From assembly GCA_964443135.1 (NCBI GenBank), contig CAYUBQ010000005.1, forward strand, positions 13,692 to 77,691: DNA of 64,000 nucleotides, given 5' to 3'. This DNA is from an uncultured Desulfobacterales bacterium (GTDB taxonomy: Bacteria; Desulfobacterota; DSM-4660; Desulfatiglandales; HGW-15). The notes below the pieces were generated by a model. That model saw nothing but the letters and a program-made list of their open reading frames with translations, was not told the DNA's origin and searched no databases. Shown piece after piece: positions 40,854 to 51,495 of the stretch (the stretch's first letter is position 1; the number at the start of each line of letters is the position of its first letter). The position numbers were made by a program, and so were the translations under genes.

Positions 40854-41954
40854 CTACAGCGCCTCCACCAGGATCTCGGAGAGCTCCTTCACCGGGAGTT
40901 CCATTTCCGTGGCCGGGTCCTCCAGGGTCATGACACAGAACGGACAGCTCGTGGTGAGCACCTCCGCACCCTTGTCGACGGCCTCCCGGACCCGCTTCTC
41001 GCTGTTTCTCGGGTAGGCGATCTCGGCCTCGAAGAACATCCGCCCCCCACCTCCCTCGCAGCAGAGCGAGTTTTCCCGGGCATAGGCGAACTCGGCGAGC
41101 TCGACGCCCTCCACCGCCTCCAGCAGGGCGCGGGGGGCGTCGTACACCTTGTTCTGTTTTCCGAGGAAGCAGGGGTCGTGATAGATCACCTTCTTGTTGT
41201 AGGGGGTCTTGAAGGCGAGTTCTCCTCTCTCCACCAACTCCGCCAGCAGCTCGGTGTAGTGCCGCACCTGGATCCCGACGTCGCCGTACTCGTTCTTCAG
41301 GGCGTTCATGCAGTGGGGTGAGAGCGCGATGATCTCCTTCACGCCGTGCTTCTGGAAGGTGGCTGCGTTTTCCTCCTGGAGCTCCTCGAACAGCCCTTCC
41401 TCGCCCATCCTTCGGATCTCGTTTCCGCAGCAGGCCTCCTCGGGTCCCAGGATCCCGAACTCCACGCCCGCCCGGTCGAGCAGCTTGGCCACGTTGATGG
41501 GGATGACCATGCAACGCGGGTCGGAGGTCTGGATGCAGCAGGAGAACAGGAGCCGCTTGGACTCCGTGTCCTTGACGTGGGGGATCTCGACCTCCTGCCC
41601 TTCCTCCTTCACCCAGTCCGCCCGCTTGGGGCGCGGACGTCCCCAGGGGTTCTTCTGGACGAAGGCGTTCTCGAGGGCCTTCTGGATCGACAGGGGGATC
41701 TGCCCCTCCTCGACGAGCTCGCCCCTCAGGGCGATGATCATCTCGGACGGCTTCACGTCTCTCGGGCAGCGGAGCGTGCACTCCCCGCAGGAGGTGCAGT
41801 ACCAGGGTAGCGCTTCTTCGATGGCGTGCTCGAGGTGTCTCTTGCGCACCAGCTTCCGGATGTTGAAAGGGGTGATCCCGGATTCCGGGCAGCTCCCCGA
41901 GCACATTCCGCACTGCATGCACATGTTGACCTGGCTTTGTGTCTGACTATCCAT
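40854..41954 (-). CDS. hdrD: HdrD-like FeS oxidoreductase (HdrC-type 2x[4Fe-4S] fused to two CCG domains)
   Basis: Motifs: CMQCGMCSGSCP, CTSCGECTLRCP, FSCCIQT, EACCGNE, HDPCF, SLCCEGGGG and SCPFC. AAGGAG RBS. Confidence 0.8.
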   Translation of the reverse strand: MDSQTQSQVNMCMQCGMCSGSCPESGITPFNIRKLVRKRHLEHAIEEALPWYCTSCGECTLRCPRDVKPSEMIIALRGELVEEGQIPLSIQKALENAFVQKNPWGRPRPKRADWVKEEGQEVEIPHVKDTESKRLLFSCCIQTSDPRCMVIPINVAKLLDRAGVEFGILGPEEACCGNEIRRMGEEGLFEELQEENAATFQKHGVKEIIALSPHCMNALKNEYGDVGIQVRHYTELLAELVERGELAFKTPYNKKVIYHDPCFLGKQNKVYDAPRALLEAVEGVELAEFAYARENSLCCEGGGGRMFFEAEIAYPRNSEKRVREAVDKGAEVLTTSCPFCVMTLEDPATEMELPVKELSEILVEAL

Positions 41955-42202
41955 GAGATTGACTCCTTGTCCGGGCTGTCACGGCGCGGTCGGGTCCGAA
42001 ACATGCGGCTCATCGGCAAAGCCTTCGCTCGCGCATCTACATTTCCGGTGAGGCCTGGACCAGGCAAACGGCGGGCGACAATGCAGGAGGCCGTGTTTCT
42101 GGATCTCTCTGTATGATTCCCTGCTCCATCGAGGGCGGCGGCAGGGAGTTCGAACAACCGATCGAAGCCGCCCGGTTCCCTCCGGACACGGGCGGCGATC
42201 AC

Positions 42203-42231
42203 CGAATAGACCAATCGCCTTCCGTTGTCAA
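42203..42231 (-). promoter_or_regulatory. Sigma-70 promoter (TTGACA-17-TATTCG) with about 240-nt leader to the hdrD-like gene
   Basis: Minus strand: TTGACA (42231-42226), 17-nt spacer, TATTCG (42208-42203). Confidence 0.4.
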
Positions 42232-42416
42232 GGGCATTCGCGTGGACGGACGGCGCGTAAGGCGGCTGCAACCGGGGAAGGGAAGGGGGGCTCCCGGAGC
42301 ACCCCCGCACCGCCGAGCAGATGGACCACGCGCTTTTTCAAAAACATGGATGTCGTCCCAGGGAGCGATGGGTCGAGAGATCCGGCCCCGTCGCTTCAAC
42401 GGGCCGAAGACGCCTC

Positions 42417-43817
<1,401 letters not shown>

Positions 43818-43914
43818 TTACGGACGCGTACCAACTATAGTGGATTTGGCTGTTGATGACAAGCCCCGACCCTGATAGAAAGGAGGCATCCCGTCGTGTC
43901 GGAGGACCGCCCCC

Positions 43915-45330
43915 ATGCCCTCCCCGCCCGCATTCAACCTGGATCCGCTCTTTCGCCCGCGCACGATCGCCGTGGTGGGCGCCTCGAACAACCCCTCCAA
44001 GCTGGGGTGGCACGTCATGACCAGCCTGACCCGTGACGGCTTCGGCGGTCGCGTCGTTCCGGTCAATCCCGGCACCGGAAAGATCTTCGGTCTGCGGGCG
44101 GCGGCGGGCCTGGAGGAAGTGGAGGGCGCGGTGGACCTGGTCGTCATCGCGGTCCCGGCCCGTTTCGTTCCGGAGGTGTTCGACGCCTGCGCGCGGAAGG
44201 GGGTGGGGGGAATCGTTCTCATCACCGCAGGGTTCAAGGAGGTCGACGACCCCGAGGGGGGGCGGCTTCAGGACACCCTTGCGCGACGGATCACCAAGGC
44301 CGGCATCCCGGTGATCGGACCGAACACCTTCGGCCTGGTCAACCTGCATCACGGTTTGAACGCAAGCTTCACGCCGGAGTTTTCCCTGTGTGAAGAGGGC
44401 GGCGTCTCCCTGATCAGCCAGAGCGGGGGGATCGCCCATCTGTCGGCCTTCCTCGCGCTTCGGGACGGCGTCGGTGTGAGTAAGATCGTGGGGCTCGGCA
44501 ATCGCATGAACACGGGGTTCTCGGACGTGGTGGACTACCTGATGGAGGATCCGGACACCCGGGTCGTTGCGCTCTACATCGAGGGCATGGATCGCCCCGG
44601 TTCCCTTCTCGAGACGATCCGCGCCCACCGCGGGAAGAAGCCGGTGGTGGCTTACAAGACGGGGGCCTCGCTTTCCGGGGACCGGGCGTCGGCCTCCCAC
44701 ACCGGTTCCCTGGCCGGGCGGGACGAGATTTACAGGGGCTTCTTCCGTCAGGCCGGCATCCTGCGGGTATCGGACGCGGAGACGTTCCTGGACGCGGCCC
44801 GGGTCCTGGCGGGGAGTCCGCCGCCGTCGGGCGGCCGGGTGGCCGTGCTCACCGGTCAGGCCGGACCGGGCATGGCCGCTTGTGACGCCCTGGAGGCCGC
44901 AGGGCTCGAGATCCCGTCCTTCGGTCCCGCCGCCCGCGCCGAGGTGGAGCGGCTCCTGCCGCCCCTGGCCCTTCGAACGAACCCGGTGGACATGGGGCCT
45001 GCCTGGTACGACAACGAGGCGATCACCGGCATGATGCGGGCGGTGCTCGAGGACGAGCGGATCGACGCCGTGCTTCTCCTCATGATGTTTGCCTCGGCCA
45101 ATCGGTCGGCGATCTCCGGCATGATCTCCTTCCTGAAGGCCTGGTCGCAGAGAAAGCCCGTGGTCTCCTGCCTCCTGGCGCCTCCGGGCGTGTGGGACGA
45201 GGAGGTGAAGACGCTCGAGCGGGACGGCGCGCTCGTGAACTTTCCCACACCGGAGCGCGCGGCGCGGGCCCTGGCAGGCCTTCACCAGGCGGCCGGGCTC
45301 CGGGCGAAACTGGACCCCGCTGTCTCCTGA
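43915..45330 (+). CDS. CoA-binding / succinyl-CoA-ligase-like protein (alpha part of ADP-forming acetyl-CoA synthetase family)
   Basis: Motifs: RTIAVVGASNNPSKLG, VPVNP, DLVVIAVPA, ISQSGG and SHTGSLAG (phospho-His loop). No ATP-grasp partner gene is adjacent. Confidence 0.8.
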   Translation: MPSPPAFNLDPLFRPRTIAVVGASNNPSKLGWHVMTSLTRDGFGGRVVPVNPGTGKIFGLRAAAGLEEVEGAVDLVVIAVPARFVPEVFDACARKGVGGIVLITAGFKEVDDPEGGRLQDTLARRITKAGIPVIGPNTFGLVNLHHGLNASFTPEFSLCEEGGVSLISQSGGIAHLSAFLALRDGVGVSKIVGLGNRMNTGFSDVVDYLMEDPDTRVVALYIEGMDRPGSLLETIRAHRGKKPVVAYKTGASLSGDRASASHTGSLAGRDEIYRGFFRQAGILRVSDAETFLDAARVLAGSPPPSGGRVAVLTGQAGPGMAACDALEAAGLEIPSFGPAARAEVERLLPPLALRTNPVDMGPAWYDNEAITGMMRAVLEDERIDAVLLLMMFASANRSAISGMISFLKAWSQRKPVVSCLLAPPGVWDEEVKTLERDGALVNFPTPERAARALAGLHQAAGLRAKLDPAVS

Positions 45331-45347
45331 ACGAAAGCCGTGGTTCC

Positions 45348-46214
45348 ATGAAACACCTCGATTTCATCATCATCACCGGTCTTTCCGGGTCGGGCAAGAG
45401 CACGGCCATCGATGCCCTGGAAGACGCGGGATACTTCTGCGTGGACAACATGCCGGTCTCCCTCGTGCCCAAGTTCCTCGAGCTTCGATCCGGGATCGGG
45501 TCCGAGGTTCAGAAGATCGCCCTGGGCATGGACCTGAGACAGCGGGATTTCGTCGAGCGTTTCCAGGCGGTGTTCGAGGAGGTCCGCCGTGAGGGATACC
45601 GGCCGAAGCTCTTGTTTTTCGAGGCCTCCGAAGAGGTCCTGCTCAAGCGGTACAGCGAAACCAGGCGCCATCATCCCTTCAAGAGGGAGGGGAACCTCCT
45701 GCCGGGCATCCGAGAGGAGCGGGAGAAGCTGCAGGGGTTGAAGCCCTTCGCCGACCGGATCATCGACACCTCGCACTACACGGTTCACGAACTGAAGGAG
45801 CTCATGACCCGGCTCGCCCACCGCAACCTGCCCTCCGAGATGATGCGGATCGGCATGATCTCCTTCGGTTTCAAGTACGGGGTGCCCCTGGAGAGCGACC
45901 TCCTGATGGACGTTCGCTTCATCCCGAACCCCTACTTCATCCCCGAGCTCAAGAAGCTGGACGGCCGGGACGAGCGGGTCCGGGCCTTCGTGCTCAAGTG
46001 GCCGGAGACCCACGGGTTCATGGACCGTTTCAGCCGCATGCTGGACTACCTGCTTCCGTTTTACGAAAAGGAGGGGAAGGCCTACCTGAGCATTGCCGTG
46101 GGGTGTACGGGCGGAAGGCACCGGTCCGTGACCGTGGCTGCGGAGCTGCACCGGATGCTCGAAAGGGAAGGCCGGGAGGTGAGCCTGACCCACAGGGATC
46201 TGGAGCTCTCCTGA
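45348..46214 (+). CDS. rapZ: RNase adapter protein RapZ (YvcJ family P-loop ATPase)
   Basis: ATG 45348. Motifs: ITGLSGSGKSTAIDALEDAGYFCVDNMP, DVRFIPNPY and VGCTGGRHRSV. Confidence 0.9.
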   Translation: MKHLDFIIITGLSGSGKSTAIDALEDAGYFCVDNMPVSLVPKFLELRSGIGSEVQKIALGMDLRQRDFVERFQAVFEEVRREGYRPKLLFFEASEEVLLKRYSETRRHHPFKREGNLLPGIREEREKLQGLKPFADRIIDTSHYTVHELKELMTRLAHRNLPSEMMRIGMISFGFKYGVPLESDLLMDVRFIPNPYFIPELKKLDGRDERVRAFVLKWPETHGFMDRFSRMLDYLLPFYEKEGKAYLSIAVGCTGGRHRSVTVAAELHRMLEREGREVSLTHRDLELS

Positions 46215-46243
46215 GGACCGGGGTGGGTCACCCGGCCTCCGGT

Positions 46244-47149
46244 TCACTCGAACTCCTCGGACTCCTCCGTCGGGTAGAACAGGCCCGGATGATCTCTGCG
46301 GATGGTTTCCAGATCCTCCTGGAGCAGGACTTGCCGGGCCTTGGAGCGAAAGAGGCCGGCCTCTTTTTCCATGTCGTTCAGCCGGGCCGAGGCGCCGCTC
46401 TCGGCGAGCATCCGCTTGACCGTGGTGAACAGGCCCTCGTCTCCGTAGAGCAGGGTCCCCTCCTGCATGATCTTGCAGGCGACCATGTGCCGGAAGGTGT
46501 CGAACCGGAGCTGCTCGCGGACCGTGTCCAGATCCTTGATCACGTAGTCGATCTCTTCCCGGAGCTGGGGCGTTGTCAGCAGGCGGTGCTTTTCGCGGAA
46601 GATTCGCTCATCCAGCCTCCTCCGGTGATCCTCGGGAAAGCCGCCGCCCGTGATGATCACGAGATCGAGGTCCGAGCCCTGGACCAGGCGGCCCGTGCTT
46701 CGCTCGGGACGGGGAACGTCATGGGCCATGTCGTAGACGATGTCTCCCGCGAGGATGAAGCAGGTCTGCTCCCGGATCAGGTCGGGGTTGTCCGCGCGGC
46801 TCACCAGGGCGGAGATCGTTCGATACGCCAGCAGGGATTTGTCCTGCGTGACGGTCCGGATGCGACGGGAGAGGTCGAGCAGCCTGGACCCCAAAGCTTC
46901 TTCGTCACTGTGCCGTGCAACAACGGAGTAGGTGAGGAACTCCCGGAGGATCGACGGGGAAAGCCTGGCATAGTTGTCGATCCTTCGATCCAGTCTGAGG
47001 TACGGTCGGGCGATGCTGCGAACGACCAGGGTCGGAGAGCCCATGCAGATCCGCCAGAGCGCCAGGCCGTCCCGCGAAAGAGACTCGAGGAGCTCGCCGC
47101 CCGTGAGCGGTCCGCGCTGATCGAGGAGGGTGAGGATCTCGGCTTCCAT
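46244..47149 (-). CDS. Hypothetical protein: N-terminal wHTH-like segment plus Pol-beta-type nucleotidyltransferase-like core
   Basis: The 301-aa protein has FILAGD...(22 aa)...GSDLDLVIIT, resembling the G[SD]-x(n)-D-x-D nucleotidyltransferase signature. The C-terminus is helical. No family name is recognised. Confidence 0.5.
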   Translation of the reverse strand: MEAEILTLLDQRGPLTGGELLESLSRDGLALWRICMGSPTLVVRSIARPYLRLDRRIDNYARLSPSILREFLTYSVVARHSDEEALGSRLLDLSRRIRTVTQDKSLLAYRTISALVSRADNPDLIREQTCFILAGDIVYDMAHDVPRPERSTGRLVQGSDLDLVIITGGGFPEDHRRRLDERIFREKHRLLTTPQLREEIDYVIKDLDTVREQLRFDTFRHMVACKIMQEGTLLYGDEGLFTTVKRMLAESGASARLNDMEKEAGLFRSKARQVLLQEDLETIRRDHPGLFYPTEESEEFE

Positions 47150-47323
47150 GGGGCCATTATAGCAGCAGGGATCCCATTGGCGATGGGGAATTCAATGACC
47201 GCCGGCCCACCGGGGTCATCGAAAACCCGTCGGCACGAGCCCCGGAATTCCCCGGTTGATCGGCGTGCCCGGAGTCGAGGCTGAAAAAAACGGCGTCCAC
47301 CGTGTTTTTCAGCCATTTTATGG

Positions 47324-47352
47324 TTGAAATTCCATATAATATCGTTTATGGT
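47324..47352 (+). promoter_or_regulatory. Sigma-70 promoter candidate for HU (TTGAAA-17-TATGGT)
   Basis: TTGAAA at 47324-47329, 17-nt spacer, TATGGT at 47347-47352. It sits in an AT-rich tract containing a TTATGGTT direct repeat. Confidence 0.4.
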
Positions 47353-47403
47353 TCCGTACGATTCGGCCGTTGCGGGTACGCACTCACATGAAAGGAGGAG
47401 ATT

Positions 47404-47673
47404 ATGAACAAGGGAGATTTGGTCAACGAGGTGGCCAAGGTCGTGAGCACCAAGAAGGAAGCTCAGGCGGCCGTGGACACGGTGTTTTCCGCCATCACCA
47501 AGGCCCTCAAGAAGAAGAGCACCGTGACGCTGGTGGGCTTCGGCACATTCAAGGTGGACAAGAGAAAGGCCAGAAAGGGAAGAAACCCCCAGACCGGCGA
47601 GGAGATCAAGATCAAGGCCAAAAAGGTGCCCAAGTTCGTGCCGGGAAAAGCCCTCAAGGAAGCCATCAAGTAA
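47404..47673 (+). CDS. hup: Nucleoid-associated DNA-binding protein HU
   Basis: MNKGDLVNEVA...VTLVGFGTFKVDKRKARKGRNPQTGEEIKI is diagnostic for HU/IHF. AAAGGAGGAG RBS. Confidence 0.95.
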   Translation: MNKGDLVNEVAKVVSTKKEAQAAVDTVFSAITKALKKKSTVTLVGFGTFKVDKRKARKGRNPQTGEEIKIKAKKVPKFVPGKALKEAIK

Positions 47674-47701
47674 GACGCCGGGAAGACGCTTCGGAATTCA
47701 G

Positions 47702-47741
47702 ACCCCCATCGGGACGCCGCCCGCGTGGGGGTTCTTTTTTT
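47702..47741 (+). terminator. Rho-independent terminator after HU
   Basis: ACCCCCA (47702-47708) pairs with TGGGGGT (47726-47732), with inner CGGG/CCCG pairing. It is followed by TCTTTTTTT. Confidence 0.6.
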
Positions 47742-47756
47742 CGCCGGGTGGCCGCA

Positions 47757-48659
47757 ATGATCTCCATCCTTCTGCCCATCGCCTGGATCGTGCCCGCCGG
47801 CCACGCTGTTTCCGACGAGCGGGAAGCGCTCCGAGGCGACGGCGTTACGGTGGTGTACCCGGCCCATCGCCGCAAGTCCGCCGAGAAGATCCTCGATTTG
47901 TACCCGTCCGTTCGAAGCGAGCTCGAGGAGCGTCTTCGATGGTCGGTCTCGTTCCAACCGACCGTGATCCTGGCGGCCGAGAGCGCATCGTTCCGCCGAA
48001 TGACGGGGCAGACCAACGCGGTGGCCCTGGCCGTCGGCCGCCGGAACCTGATCCTCATCGACCTGTCGGCGCTGAGTGCCGACCCGTTCGGTCTGAAGTC
48101 CGCCCTGGAGCACGAGCTGTGTCACCTGCTTCTCCACGACCGGATTCCGGAAGGATCCCTGCCCCGGTGGCTCAACGAGGGGATCGCCCAGTGGGTGAGC
48201 GGCGGATTCTCCGAGGTCCGACTGCCGAGAAGGGGCTCCGTGCTCGACCGGGCCGTGGTGTCCGGGCGGACCATTCCCGTCGAGTCCTTGTCGGGGGCCT
48301 TCCGCGGGGACGGGCGCAGCCTGCACCTCGCTTACGAGCAGAGCCTCAGCCTGGTTCAGTTTCTCATCGACCGGTACGGTGTGGACTCCTTCCTCGCTTT
48401 TCTGGAGAGCCTGGCCGGGGGCGCCTCTTTGGAGCAGGCCTTCTCGGAGCACTGGTCCCTGACGGTCGGATCCCTGGAGCAGGCCTGGAGGGAGGATCTC
48501 GCGGACAAGCTGGCGTGGACCACGGTGCTGATCGGACATCTCTACGAGATCCTGTTTTTCCTCGCGGCAGCGGTCCTGGCGGCGGGCTTCGTCAGGCACG
48601 TCAAGAGGAAGAGGGCCGCCATGGATGCCCTGGACGAAGCCGACGGGGAGCACGGCTAG
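47757..48659 (+). CDS. Secreted/anchored zinc metallopeptidase-like protein (HExxH, peptidase MA-like)
   Basis: ATG 47757 lies inside track ORF 47370..48659. It has a signal-like N-terminus, HELCHLLLH followed by NEGIAQW (a possible third ligand Glu), and a C-terminal TM helix. Confidence 0.6.
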   Translation: MISILLPIAWIVPAGHAVSDEREALRGDGVTVVYPAHRRKSAEKILDLYPSVRSELEERLRWSVSFQPTVILAAESASFRRMTGQTNAVALAVGRRNLILIDLSALSADPFGLKSALEHELCHLLLHDRIPEGSLPRWLNEGIAQWVSGGFSEVRLPRRGSVLDRAVVSGRTIPVESLSGAFRGDGRSLHLAYEQSLSLVQFLIDRYGVDSFLAFLESLAGGASLEQAFSEHWSLTVGSLEQAWREDLADKLAWTTVLIGHLYEILFFLAAAVLAAGFVRHVKRKRAAMDALDEADGEHG

Positions 48660-49082
48660 GATCCTTCTAGGATCCTTCGACCCGGCCGTTTCGAGTCTGA
48701 CGGATTCGCAGAATCCCGCTCACCCGCCGCGGGAAAGGCCCAACCTGTCGAAGCTCCGGAGGCCGATGTCAAGGCTTCGGGTTTTTGGATTCCTTCAGGT
48801 TTGAACGGCGGTAGACCGAGCAAGAGATGATGGAAGCGGGCATCAACCACCATTCCTACAAGAACCCGTGCCTGTATCACGTGGTGGACGGTCTGAGCGC
48901 GGGGCTTTCCCGGTTCTCGTCGTCGACCGGGTGCCGGAGTGCCGGTTGATCCAGGGAGGTGTGGAGATCACGGCCCGCTGCGATCTGAGGACCTTCTCCG
49001 AGCTCGTGTCGCTGTCCCCTGCCCTGGAGGAGTGGATTCGGGCGTGATCACCGGTGAGGCGTTCTGCAAGGAGGAAGCCGTC

Positions 49083-49673
49083 ATGACCGATATCGTCGCC
49101 GTCTACGGAAGTCCCCGCCGCAAGGGCAACACGGCCTCGCTCCTGGCCGAGGCCGTCAGGGGGGCGAAAAACGGGGGGGCCGAGGTCGAGGAGTTCGTCC
49201 TCCGGGACATGAAGATCTCCCCCTGCCTGGAGATCTACGCATGCAAGAAAGACGGGCGGTGCGCCATCCGGGACGACTTTCAGACCATCTACGACCGGTT
49301 CCTTTCCTGCCGGGGCGTCATGCTCGCTTCACCCATGTTCTTCTACTCGGTGAGCGCGCACACCAAGGCGATGATGGATCGGTGTCAGTCCCTGTGGGTG
49401 AAACGCTACTGGCTGGAGCAGATGCCGTTCGGCCGGCCGAACCCCGGTCGAAAAGGCCTGTTCATCTCGGCGGGGGCGACACGAGGCAAGCGGCTCTTCG
49501 ACGGGAGCCTGCTCACGGTGCGCTACTTTTTCGACGCCCTGGACATGGTCCTGTGGCGATCCCTGCTCTACCGGGGGCTGGATTTCGAGGGAGACGTGAA
49601 GCAACACCCGGACTACCTCGAGGAGGCGTTTCAGGCCGGACGGGAGATGGCCGGAGTCCTAAGCGCCGGTTGA
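49083..49673 (+). CDS. Flavodoxin-like fold FMN reductase (iron-sulfur-flavoprotein-like)
   Basis: ATG 49083 (AAGGAGGAAG upstream). Motifs: IVAVYGSPRRKGNT, Cys cluster CLEIYACKKDGRC and ASPMFFYSVSA. Confidence 0.7.
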   Translation: MTDIVAVYGSPRRKGNTASLLAEAVRGAKNGGAEVEEFVLRDMKISPCLEIYACKKDGRCAIRDDFQTIYDRFLSCRGVMLASPMFFYSVSAHTKAMMDRCQSLWVKRYWLEQMPFGRPNPGRKGLFISAGATRGKRLFDGSLLTVRYFFDALDMVLWRSLLYRGLDFEGDVKQHPDYLEEAFQAGREMAGVLSAG

Positions 49674-49689
49674 GTAACGGTCTCCGCGA

Positions 49690-50094
49690 TCAGGCGGCCT
49701 CCCCGGCGCGCCGCCGGCAGTCGGAGAGGGTTAGGTAGAGGGCGCCGACGGCCAGCTCGGCGCAGTGGATGTGGTCTTCGGGCAGCGTCTCGAGGTAGCC
49801 GGCGATATCCTCCGGGGTGAGGGACCACGCCTCCTCCAGGGTTTTCCCTTCGACGAGCTCGCAGACGGTGTTGGCACACGCATGGGTGTTGAGACACCCG
49901 TTGGTCTCGAAGGAAATCGATTGGATCCTTCCCTGGCGGGCCGTCAGGAAGAACGTGACCGTGTCGCCGCAATCCCCCGTCCTGGTGCCGCAACCGTCCG
50001 GGTCGGCGACGGTTTCCCTCCGGTCCGACCGCAAGGCCATTTCCAGGTATCGCAGGGAGTGATCCCGCCAGAAATCGAACTCCTTTTCGCTCAT
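49690..50094 (-). CDS. NifU/IscU N-terminal-domain-like FeS scaffold protein
   Basis: Three scaffold-type Cys residues occur in the expected context: GDCGDTVTF, TNGCLNTHACAN and HCAELAVGAL. Confidence 0.7.
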   Translation of the reverse strand: MSEKEFDFWRDHSLRYLEMALRSDRRETVADPDGCGTRTGDCGDTVTFFLTARQGRIQSISFETNGCLNTHACANTVCELVEGKTLEEAWSLTPEDIAGYLETLPEDHIHCAELAVGALYLTLSDCRRRAGEAA

Positions 50095-50117
50095 CTCCTC
50101 ACCATCCGCTTTTCCCG

Positions 50118-50495
50118 TCAGGCCAGCGCCACCATCTCGATCTCCACCCGGGCCCCGAGGGGGAGGGCGGCCACCTGGAATGCGCTTCTCGCCGGGGGAT
50201 CGGCGGGAAAAAACGTGCCGTACACGCCGTTGACCTCGGCGAAGTCCCCGATGTCCGTGAGGTAGACCGTCGACTTCACGACCCGGGTGAAGTCGGTGCC
50301 CGCGGACTCGAGAACGGCGCTCAGGTTTTCCATGACCCGGCGGGTCTGTTCCTCGATGTCGCCCTCCACCAGCTTGCCGGTATCCGGATCCAGTGGGATC
50401 TGCCCCGACGTGAACACCAGCCCGGCCGCCCGGATCGCCTGGCTGTAGGGACCCACGGCCGCGGGCGCTTTGTCCGTGTGAATCGGTTCTCGCAT
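50118..50495 (-). CDS. ridA: RidA/YjgF family reactive-intermediate deaminase
   Basis: Motifs: APAAVGPYSQAI, SGQIPLDP, TVYLTDIGDFAEVN and PARSAFQVAALPLGARVEIE. Confidence 0.9.
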   Translation of the reverse strand: MREPIHTDKAPAAVGPYSQAIRAAGLVFTSGQIPLDPDTGKLVEGDIEEQTRRVMENLSAVLESAGTDFTRVVKSTVYLTDIGDFAEVNGVYGTFFPADPPARSAFQVAALPLGARVEIEMVALA

Positions 50496-50795
50496 GGGTC
50501 GTCCCTCCCGTCCGAAGGCCTGAGGCCTGATTCGGGTCCCCCTCCCGTCCCTCGAGCCGGAAGGGCCGGAGACGGCGGCGAACCTTTCGATTTCATGAAC
50601 GGCGATCGACAGCCGCCCATGTACACCGGATTCCCCCGGATGTCAACTTCGCTTCGCGTGGCCCCCTGCAGGAGACGTTTGACACCCGGCTGCGGAACGG
50701 CTAAAACGACCGTTGTCCGATCCGGGCGCGGGAGCACGGGACCCTTTCGGGAGGCGCTTCCGGCTCCGGGCCGAAAACGGGACAGGGGGAGCGGA

Positions 50796-51230
50796 ATGGC
50801 CTACTGCGCGCATCTGAAGGTCCGGTTCGGCGATATCGACAATGCGGGAATCGTGTACTACCCGAGGTTCGTCCACTACTTCCACGTGGCCCTGGAGGAG
50901 TTCTTCGGTGCGGAGCTGGGCATCGACTACGCCACCGTCTTGACCAAGCACCGGATCGCGTTTCCCACGGTTCACCTGGAGGCCGATTTTCGCAGGCCGC
51001 TCCAGTTCGGGGATCACATCGGCGTGGAGGTTACCGTGAACCGGATCGGGGCGACCTCCATCGTCTGGGGATACCTGGCCTACCGGCTCGGGGAGGAGAG
51101 TCGTCCCGTGGCCGAAGGGCACAACACGACCGTCTGCATCAACGTGGACTCCTTTCAGAAGGCGGATGTGCCCGGCTGGCTGCGGCACGACCTGCTCGCC
51201 TATCGGAAGCGGTGTGGATCCCACCCTTGA
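50796..51230 (+). CDS. 4HBT/YbgC-type acyl-CoA thioesterase (hotdog fold)
   Basis: ATG 50796 lies inside track ORF 50478..51230. Motif: VRFGDIDNAGIVYYPRFVHYFHVALEEFF. Confidence 0.8.
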   Translation: MAYCAHLKVRFGDIDNAGIVYYPRFVHYFHVALEEFFGAELGIDYATVLTKHRIAFPTVHLEADFRRPLQFGDHIGVEVTVNRIGATSIVWGYLAYRLGEESRPVAEGHNTTVCINVDSFQKADVPGWLRHDLLAYRKRCGSHP

Positions 51231-51312
51231 GGCGGGGCGCCGGGACCTCGAAGAGAGGGATCGGGCGCCGCTTCTTGGGATGGTTCCGGATTGTTCGTTT
51301 TTTGTTCAGGGC

Positions 51313-51340
51313 TTGACTTCCGCCGGAGCCGCCTTATAAG
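51313..51340 (+). promoter_or_regulatory. Sigma-70 promoter candidate (TTGACT-16-TATAAG)
   Basis: TTGACT at 51313-51318, 16-nt spacer, TATAAG at 51335-51340. It lies about 155 nt upstream of ATG 51496. Confidence 0.4.
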
Positions 51341-51495
51341 TTCACCAGGGCGTCGGGACCCTGCCAGGGGGAAAGAAGGCGCTTCCATTAGTCCCACTTT
51401 ATTGGTATAGATTCCACGGGCCGACCGGCTTTCTGATCAACCCGCATGGGAGCGGGCTGACGGGCATTCCGGCTCCCGAGAAAAAAGGAGGAGGC

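Noticed and set aside
47281-47312. A/T-flanked hairpin CTGAAAAAAACGG...CCGTGTTTTTCAG as a terminator
   Set aside because: The GC core of the stem is only 4 bp and the element lies between two divergent gene starts, where no terminator is expected. It may be a protein-binding palindrome, but that cannot be supported.
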